A stretch of 17,417 bases of DNA. It comes from Aquificaceae bacterium (GTDB lineage Bacteria; Aquificota; Aquificia; Aquificales; Aquificaceae). Both the position numbers and the translations under genes were made by a program. Below the pieces are notes generated by a model that worked only from the letters and a program-made list of their open reading frames with translations, was not told the DNA's origin and made no database searches. Where the stretch lies: contig JBCNVD010000013.1 in assembly GCA_039630345.1 (NCBI GenBank), forward strand, positions 1 through 17,417. The letters are read 5' to 3'. Shown here in pieces: positions 7,945-14,303 of the stretch; position 1 is the stretch's first letter, and every line of letters begins with the position of its first letter.

Positions 7945-8922
7945 GTGGGGCTTTTGGAGAAAATATCCGGCACTGTTATAGGGGCATGCATAGGTGATGC
8001 GCTTGGGAAAGCGCTTGAGGATGTCCCTGAGCTTGAGGCGACTAATTATTATGGGAGCAAAATCTCAGGTTTTGTAGAGCCACACCCTCTTAGCCCTGCT
8101 TTTGGACTTTCAGCAAATGAAACCAGCGATGAAAGCGGGATGATGATAGCCCTATTAGAAACCCTCGCAACCAACGGGATGCTGGATGTTGAGGACTATA
8201 TAAACAGGCTATCGGAGATTTCTTCCTGTGCGGACCCTACGCTTCTTCGTTCTATTTCAATCCTTGCAAAAGGCAAAGACCCTTACAAAGAAGGGGTTAT
8301 CTCTTACTCTATCTTTGGTAGTATATGCGCGGTAGGGACAGGTATATGGCACTATGGTCAGCCCACACTGGCAGCTCAGGGTGCAAGATTTTTAGCAAGT
8401 CTTACGCACCCGGGCGAGCAAAGCCTTGAAGCTGCAGGGATTGTTGGGGTCATTATATCAACGCTTATTGGACTTAAGGGGCAAATCAAAAGTCAAGAGG
8501 AGAAAATTGACTTTCTTCGCGCTTTGCGCGGATTTAGCAACAAAAAAAGGGGCGGATTTGGTGGATATCTTGACCTTATTGAGGGCTTGATAAGAAAAGA
8601 AGCTGATACAAAAGAAGCAATAGAGCTGGTTGGTAATTCGACCTTTGCCTTTGAGGCTTTGGGGATGTCTATATTTCTGTTTCTGAGGTTTTTAGAAAGA
8701 CCTTCGATAGCGCTTTATGAAGCAGCAAATGCCTGTGGAGAGGTTGGCGGAGACACAGATGCAATAGGACTGCTAACAGGTGCATTTATAGGAGCTCACT
8801 GGGGAATTGAGGCTTTTGAGAAAGAGCTAATTGAAAGCCTAAGCGGGTGGAGGTATTATATATCTCTCGCTGATAGAATCTACAGGCAGATGGGTTTTGA
8901 CGGAGGAGAAAATGCCATATAA
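7945..8922 (+). CDS. ADP-ribosylglycohydrolase (DraG/ARH) family protein, diverged
   Basis: G-x3-GACIGDALG N-terminal motif, SLTH, C-terminal GGDTDAIG-x3-GA-x2-GA-x2-G. The in-frame GTG at 7945 is preferred over the TTG at 7912 given in the ORF track. Confidence 0.88.
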   Translation: MGLLEKISGTVIGACIGDALGKALEDVPELEATNYYGSKISGFVEPHPLSPAFGLSANETSDESGMMIALLETLATNGMLDVEDYINRLSEISSCADPTLLRSISILAKGKDPYKEGVISYSIFGSICAVGTGIWHYGQPTLAAQGARFLASLTHPGEQSLEAAGIVGVIISTLIGLKGQIKSQEEKIDFLRALRGFSNKKRGGFGGYLDLIEGLIRKEADTKEAIELVGNSTFAFEALGMSIFLFLRFLERPSIALYEAANACGEVGGDTDAIGLLTGAFIGAHWGIEAFEKELIESLSGWRYYISLADRIYRQMGFDGGENAI

Positions 8923-9154
8923 CCTTCAGGAAGCTTTTTTAAACTCGGCAAGAAAAAGGCGAGTAAAGACCACGATTTATCTTGTAAACGGCGTTAGGCT
9001 CCAGGGCAGGATAAAGTCTTTTGATATCTTCACCATACTGATAGAAGAAGGACGCCAGCAAACGCTCGTTTACAAGCACGCAATCACAACGGTTATACCG
9101 ATGGAGAGACTGGAGATCGAATTTGAAGAAGAGGGCCTGCCGGGGGCAGGCTAG
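8912..9154 (+). CDS. hfq: RNA chaperone Hfq
   Basis: MPYNLQEAFLN...IYLVNGVRLQG-x-I-x-SFD-x-F...YKHAITT Sm1/Sm2 motifs; ATG at 8912 preceded by GGAGGAG; 80 aa. Confidence 0.98.
   Translation: MPYNLQEAFLNSARKRRVKTTIYLVNGVRLQGRIKSFDIFTILIEEGRQQTLVYKHAITTVIPMERLEIEFEEEGLPGAG
9124..9152 (-). terminator. Candidate terminator hairpin for the ferredoxin transcript, embedded in the last codons of hfq
   Basis: Perfect 7-bp stem GCCTGCC (9135-9141)/GGCAGGC (9145-9151); on the - strand it directly follows the fdx stop and precedes CCUCUUCUUC. Confidence 0.4.
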
Positions 9155-9483
9155 AGCATCTGAGGGGGCTTACCGGTAGAGACCACCAGGTTTTGAGGGG
9201 GTTGGCCCTCTTTTAGATGGCTCTGGACTATAGTGCTTACATCCTCTGGTCTAACCCTGGCATACCAGACCCCCTCTGGATATACGACAACTGTAGGTCC
9301 CATCCCGCAAGGACCCAAACAGCCAGCAGGGGTCACGAGCGTAGTCATAAAGAGCTCCGGGTCAGATTGGATGCTCTCTAAAAACTTCGCAAGCACTTCC
9401 CTGCTCCCTCTCTCGGCACAGGAGCCCATAGGATGACCTGGCGGGCGCTGATTGACGCAGACGAAAATGTGTCTATATTGCAT
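9151..9483 (-). CDS. Thioredoxin-fold [2Fe-2S] ferredoxin (Aquifex Fdx4-like)
   Basis: HIFVC-x12-C...GCLGPC-x2-GP-x-VVVYPEGVWY motif with four Cys ligands; strong AGGAGG. Confidence 0.95.
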   Translation of the reverse strand: MQYRHIFVCVNQRPPGHPMGSCAERGSREVLAKFLESIQSDPELFMTTLVTPAGCLGPCGMGPTVVVYPEGVWYARVRPEDVSTIVQSHLKEGQPPQNLVVSTGKPPQML

Positions 9484-9518
9484 TTGCCAAACCTCCTATA
9501 AGGAGGCATTCTAACATA

Positions 9519-10823
9519 TCAGAACTGCCAGTTAAGACCTAAAGAGATGGCATTCTGTGCGTTCTGGGCACTCACAGTAGTTGGACAGCCAGAGCGACAA
9601 GCACCTGCATCGTAATAAATGCCTGAAGAGGTAACCTTTTTGTTAAATGCGTGTTTGTAAGAGAGGTCTATGCCAAAGCTCTTGCTAAAGTTATAGCCAA
9701 TACCGAAAGTTAAGTGCTGTTCTGCTATGGCAGGAAAACCCACCAGGTTGAAAAACGCTATGTTAAAGTCGCCAAAGGGCTGTGCGAAGTTAGGAATCTG
9801 TTTAGAGCTTACCGGGAAACCCTGAAGGCCTGATTTACCCCTTATTGGCGAACGACCATAGTTATATCCAAGTCTTAGTGCAAGATTCATAGAGGGTTTA
9901 TATTCACCGCCAATGGCAAAAACCAGCTGGTCTTCCCAGCCAAAGTGCTTATACCCGGAAGCTCCCTTCCAGTTTATAAACCTTATGTCGGTGCCAACCT
10001 TGAGGTTATCATAAGGCTTTAAGCCAAAACCAACCGCAAACTCCTGGGGCTGGGTTAATTTAAAGCTCTCAAACCTGCCATCACCGTTTGAGTCAAAAAC
10101 TCTTCTGTAAGTCATCGCAACCGGGCTTTGGTAAGTCGCCCCAACGAAGGCAAAATCGCCCGCTGCATAGGCAATTCCAAGCTGAAATCCAAGTCCGTAA
10201 TTCTGAGCCTGCGCCCCTCCTGCATTAAAGCAGGTAAGTGGGTTTGACGCATCCCCACACAGCGTCGCGCCCATACTTAGAGCTCCATAAGCAAGGTGGA
10301 TACCTCCCCCTAAATAGAGCCCCTCGGCAAGCTGGTATGAAGCAGAAGGAATTATGCGCAAAAACTGAAAGTTAGTGCGCATATTTAAAGGCGCGCTCTG
10401 GTTATTTCTTGGATTAAAAGCAGCCACGAGACGCTCGTTATTTACATAATCAACCCCAAGACCGGAAACTCCAAAGGCACCAAGCCCAAGACTTAGGCGC
10501 TCGTTAATAGGAGCAACCAGTCCCACCTCCGGGATTATAAAAAGGTCTGATTTTGACTTTTGAGTCCCTGAATCCCCAAGCGGGTTTTGAATCCTTGCTT
10601 TCACACTTGGAGCAAACAAAATTCCGCCAAAGCTAAAGCTATACCCCCCCTTATGAAATCGCATCCATGCGGGGTTTCTAAATGGCGCGTCTGTGGCCAA
10701 AAGGGGCATGCCGACACCTATTCCCCCCATAGCCCTGGAAGCTGGCGTAACTCCAATGAGGTTATCTCCGTTGGTCGCAAGCGCAAAACCGCCAATGGCA
10801 ACAATTACCAGCAATGCCTTCAT
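9519..10823 (-). CDS. OmpP1/FadL/TodX-family outer-membrane transporter
   Basis: Signal peptide ALA; mature N-terminus TNG...SRAMGG-x-G...NPA hatch motif; G-x-GVDY; alternating beta-strands; C-terminal WQF. Confidence 0.9.
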   Translation of the reverse strand: MKALLVIVAIGGFALATNGDNLIGVTPASRAMGGIGVGMPLLATDAPFRNPAWMRFHKGGYSFSFGGILFAPSVKARIQNPLGDSGTQKSKSDLFIIPEVGLVAPINERLSLGLGAFGVSGLGVDYVNNERLVAAFNPRNNQSAPLNMRTNFQFLRIIPSASYQLAEGLYLGGGIHLAYGALSMGATLCGDASNPLTCFNAGGAQAQNYGLGFQLGIAYAAGDFAFVGATYQSPVAMTYRRVFDSNGDGRFESFKLTQPQEFAVGFGLKPYDNLKVGTDIRFINWKGASGYKHFGWEDQLVFAIGGEYKPSMNLALRLGYNYGRSPIRGKSGLQGFPVSSKQIPNFAQPFGDFNIAFFNLVGFPAIAEQHLTFGIGYNFSKSFGIDLSYKHAFNKKVTSSGIYYDAGACRSGCPTTVSAQNAQNAISLGLNWQF

Positions 10824-10916
10824 GCACCTACCTCCTTAAAAAGCCAGTTTAAACAGTTTTTTTGAGGTTTCGTATTCAAAGTTCTGATAGGAGGTAAAAA
10901 ACTCTCTTATAAAGCT

Positions 10917-11210
10917 TTAAATAATCTTTCCTCTATAACCAAGAGCAAATCCCGCAACAAAGCCAGCTCCAAGGGTTAGTTTTTTAAAGATCATTGTTAT
11001 ACTTTCATAAAACCCGCCTGCGGCGGAAAGAAGCACCCCCTCAAGAGCTCCCCAGTTTACGCTTAAAACCCCCTTGCTGGCAAGCCACATAAGACTCAAA
11101 ACATATATACCCATCAAAAGGGCGAAAAACCCAACCAACTTCCTGACCGCATACCCAACTGTCAGCCCAAGAAGACTAAAAAACCCAAGGTCAAAGAATA
11201 TATCGCTCAC
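10917..11210 (-). CDS. FUN14-family small membrane protein
   Basis: 97 aa; LG-x4-LG-x2-VGYAVRK, L-x3-GVLSVNW and GF-x2-GF-x-LG pattern; GTG start overlaps the upstream stop (GTGA). Confidence 0.82.
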   Translation of the reverse strand: MSDIFFDLGFFSLLGLTVGYAVRKLVGFFALLMGIYVLSLMWLASKGVLSVNWGALEGVLLSAAGGFYESITMIFKKLTLGAGFVAGFALGYRGKII

Positions 11211-12322
11211 TGATATCTAAAAACGCTTGGGTTTAAAACATCCGGATAGTTTGTTTTCATCTCGTAATCAAAAAGCTGTTTTCTGATTCGGCTAAGGTCT
11301 GAGTAAGATGGCCTGAAGGGAAAGCTCTTAATATCACTTACAGAGCTATCACCAAAGGGTCTGTTGCAGGCAACTTCTGAGGTTTTACCCCTGCAACCGG
11401 AGGTCATAAAAGGTCTTCCAGAGCTAAAGATTTCTTCGAAAGTGTCCCTATCGACCCCAAAATCTATAACCTGCCCCCGCTCGTTAAAGCGCATGTTTTC
11501 AAAGCGCGATATTTGATTGTCTATTAAATACCTTGCCATCTGAACCCTTCTAAACTGGGGCGCAGGGCAGGGTGGCTCTTTTTCCATCATAGAGCCCTCT
11601 TCAGGCCAGAAGGAAAACAGATGAGTTCTTGCCCCAAGGTCGCGAACCCGCTGTATCGCCTCAATCATCTCCTGCTCGGTCTCTCCAAGTCCCACTACAA
11701 GATGACAACCCGCATAACCATCGCCCATAACCTCACATGCCCACTCAAGCACCTGCCAGAAAAACTCCCATCTGTGAGGGCTTTTCATGGGCTTTCCTCT
11801 TAGTTTTTCAAAAACCGGCTCTGTTGCGCAGTCTATGGCCACGGTTACGGTGTCAGCACCAAGTTTTTTATAATCCTGAATGTCTTCATACTTTGTCCCG
11901 GTTGCGTTAATCAAAAGAGAGACAAAAAGTTTCTCTCCAAGAGACTTTACTACCTTATCAAGGACAAACTTTGTATCCTGAATTGCTCTTGGATGGGTTA
12001 TCTGGGCTATACAGAGTCTTTCGACATGCCCAACAGCCATAGAGCGTGATATTATCTCGTCAAGTTTAACAGTTGGCCACTCGACCCTTATGAAGTTTTT
12101 CTTTGAATATTCAATCTCTCTTGCTTTTTGAAGTCCGCAATAGGCACATGTTGCATGACATCCAGAAGGATAAGTCAAAAGCGTATTTATGCATCCAAGA
12201 CGAGAGTTTCTATAAAAGCTCCCTGGCACCAGTCCAAGGGTCATGGCAGCCGCCATGCTTATTTGCATATATTCAGGGCTTTGCTCCTGACGGGTCAATC
12301 TCTCAAGCGTTAAAATATCCAT
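11207..12322 (-). CDS. Radical SAM protein, biotin-synthase-related; LipS2-type lipoyl synthase subunit candidate
   Basis: CHATCAYC (CX3CX2C), HLVVGLGETE, C-terminal TSGC-x8-CNRP resembling the LipS2 TXGCPXC(N/D)RP motif; AGGAGG upstream. Confidence 0.85.
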   Translation of the reverse strand: MDILTLERLTRQEQSPEYMQISMAAAMTLGLVPGSFYRNSRLGCINTLLTYPSGCHATCAYCGLQKAREIEYSKKNFIRVEWPTVKLDEIISRSMAVGHVERLCIAQITHPRAIQDTKFVLDKVVKSLGEKLFVSLLINATGTKYEDIQDYKKLGADTVTVAIDCATEPVFEKLRGKPMKSPHRWEFFWQVLEWACEVMGDGYAGCHLVVGLGETEQEMIEAIQRVRDLGARTHLFSFWPEEGSMMEKEPPCPAPQFRRVQMARYLIDNQISRFENMRFNERGQVIDFGVDRDTFEEIFSSGRPFMTSGCRGKTSEVACNRPFGDSSVSDIKSFPFRPSYSDLSRIRKQLFDYEMKTNYPDVLNPSVFRYQ

Positions 12323-12350
12323 CTTTTCCTCCTAACTTATACTATCTTAA
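12323..12350. promoter_or_regulatory. 28-bp divergent gap with abutting -10-like hexamers
   Basis: + strand TATACT 12338-12343, 7 nt before the proC ATG; - strand TAAGAT 12349-12344 ahead of AGGAGG. Confidence 0.45.
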
Positions 12351-13097
12351 ATGATGCTCGGGGTTATAGGCTTTGGAAACATCGGAAGCGCCTTTGCAAA
12401 TCGCCTGAGCAAAGATTACAAAATAGCAATCCACGACATAGACCAAGGAAAGCTCTCTCTGGCAAAAGCCCATTTTGAGGTAAAAAACAGCCTAAGAGAG
12501 CTCCTAGAGGTATCAGAAACGGTTTTTCTTTGTGTAAAGCCAAAAGACGCCAAAGAGGTCCTTAAAAGCATCAATAGCTGGCAAGGGACCATTATTAGCT
12601 GCGTAGCAGGTCTTGAAGTAAAAAAAATAAAAGAGCTGGTTAAAGCAAGAGTGGTGAGGATTATGCCAAACCTTGCGGTAAGTTATGGTCTTGGTAGCAT
12701 AGCAGTTTGCGGGGATGTTTCGGAAGATGTTACAGAGTTGCTCTCAAAGTGCGGTGAGGTTTTCAGTCTCAAAGAAGAGCTCTTTGATGTATTTACGGCG
12801 ATAGCCGGTTCTGGACCTGCGTTTTTTTATAAGTTTATTGAAGGGATGGTCCTTGCAGGGGTTTACGAAGGTATGAGCAAAGAAGTTGCCCTTAAGGTAA
12901 GCCTTCAGTCAATTATTGGCGCCTGTGAGCTACTAAAAGCCAGCGGGTCTTTAGAGGAGCTTATTTTTAAAATATCCTCGCCCGGGGGAACAACCATAGA
13001 GGGTCTTAAGCTCTTAGAAGAGCGTGCTTTTTGCGGTATAGTTATCGAGTGCGTTTTAAAAACCGCACAGAAATCCAGAACCTTATCTACTCTTTAA
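12351..13097 (+). CDS. proC: Pyrroline-5-carboxylate reductase
   Basis: GVIGFGNIG Rossmann motif, LCVKP, IS-x2-AG, RIMPN, TAIAGSGPAF, SSPGGTTIEG. Confidence 0.97.
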   Translation: MMLGVIGFGNIGSAFANRLSKDYKIAIHDIDQGKLSLAKAHFEVKNSLRELLEVSETVFLCVKPKDAKEVLKSINSWQGTIISCVAGLEVKKIKELVKARVVRIMPNLAVSYGLGSIAVCGDVSEDVTELLSKCGEVFSLKEELFDVFTAIAGSGPAFFYKFIEGMVLAGVYEGMSKEVALKVSLQSIIGACELLKASGSLEELIFKISSPGGTTIEGLKLLEERAFCGIVIECVLKTAQKSRTLSTL

Positions 13098-13666
13098 AGT
13101 TTAAAAACTTTCGCTTTGGAATAGAGCTCTGGAAAGAGCAGGGATTTGCCCCAATTCAGGTGCATTCAAATAAGGTCTTGAGGGTAGCTCCCGGTGATTT
13201 GCCAAAAGAGTGCGATGCTATTTACACTCTTGAGCCGGGCTTTAAAATAGGCGTAAAGACGGCAGATTGCGTTCCACTACTGCTTGCAGGCAATTCAGTT
13301 GTATGTGCAATTCACGCAGGCTGGAGAGGTCTAAAAGCAGGAATCATAGAGAGGGCAATTCAGGAGCTGTCAGGGTTTTGCAATCCAGAGGAAATAATTG
13401 CCTTTATAGGCCCGAGCGCGCTATCTTGCTGTTATGAGGTTGGTAAGGAGTTTTCGCAAAGTTTCTCAGAGCTTGAGACAAGAGAAGGCAAGCTATATAT
13501 GGATACCCAGAAAGAGGCAATTTCCAGACTCATAAAATCAGGTATAGAGCGCTTTCATGTAGTTAGAGTCTGCACGATATGCAATCTTAAACTTCCATCT
13601 TACAGGCGAGATAATTCAAAAGAGAGGTTATACTCTTGGATAATGATGGAGGGAGATGGTGGATAA
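13031..13666 (+). CDS. pgeF: YfiH/PgeF-family (FAMIN-like purine nucleoside enzyme / laccase-domain) protein; start uncertain (TTG 13031 or GTG 13049)
   Basis: QVHS, CDAIYT, KTADCVPLL, AIHAGWRG, IGPS-x3-CCYEVG, CT-x-C-x5-SYRR motifs. Confidence 0.93.
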   Translation: MRYSYRVRFKNRTEIQNLIYSLKFKNFRFGIELWKEQGFAPIQVHSNKVLRVAPGDLPKECDAIYTLEPGFKIGVKTADCVPLLLAGNSVVCAIHAGWRGLKAGIIERAIQELSGFCNPEEIIAFIGPSALSCCYEVGKEFSQSFSELETREGKLYMDTQKEAISRLIKSGIERFHVVRVCTICNLKLPSYRRDNSKERLYSWIMMEGDGG

Positions 13667-14303
13667 CGAGCAAAACGAGAGGGTGTTTTCTTCTATAAGC
13701 TCTATATACGACCCTTTCCTGAAGTTAGCAACGCTTGGAAGAATCTCTAAATGGCAGGAAGAGCTCCTCCTTTTGACCAAAGTTGCAAACAGGCATCTTG
13801 ACATAGGGACAGGCACAGGAGAGGTCATAATAAAGAGCAAAAGCGGTCTGAGGGTTGGGATAGATCTTTCTTTAAAGATGTTAAAGATAGCAAAGCTAAA
13901 AGACAGCAAGTGCAACTTTATATTGGCAGATGCGCTTAGATTGCCATTTAAAGATGGCTCTTTTAATCTAATTACCCTTTCGTTAACTTACAGACATCTG
14001 CCAGACAGAGAAGCATTTTTAAAAGAGGCAAGAAGGGTTCTTCAAAGCTCGGGAGAGCTATGCCTTCTTGAGATTGCAAGACCACCGAAGTTTTTAATTT
14101 CTATGATTTGGCTTTTTGGGTTCTTGCCAGGGGTTTTGATATTTGGTTTAAGGAACTGGAAGTTCTTTCTAAAGTCTATAGAAAACAGCAAAAGCCTTGA
14201 AGAGGTAATAATAGAACTCAAATCATACGGCTTTGAGCCAATTTCAATAAGAAAAAAGCTCTTTAGTGCGGTATTTTTAATATGCAACCGCAGGACTTCA
14301 TAA
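13656..14303 (+). CDS. Class I SAM-dependent methyltransferase, UbiE/MenG-like
   Basis: VF-x2-I-x3-YD, LDIGTGTG, GIDLS-x2-ML, ADALRLPF-x-D-x-SF, E-x2-RVL-x3-G motifs. Confidence 0.85.
   Translation: MVDNEQNERVFSSISSIYDPFLKLATLGRISKWQEELLLLTKVANRHLDIGTGTGEVIIKSKSGLRVGIDLSLKMLKIAKLKDSKCNFILADALRLPFKDGSFNLITLSLTYRHLPDREAFLKEARRVLQSSGELCLLEIARPPKFLISMIWLFGFLPGVLIFGLRNWKFFLKSIENSKSLEEVIIELKSYGFEPISIRKKLFSAVFLICNRRTS

Noticed and set aside
10861..10896. Plus-strand FEVSYSKF-stop followed by AGGAGGT, resembling the end of a lost outer-membrane protein gene
   Set aside because: Too short, no supporting upstream ORF and no start codon after the SD; kept only as the anti-SD and inverted-repeat observations.
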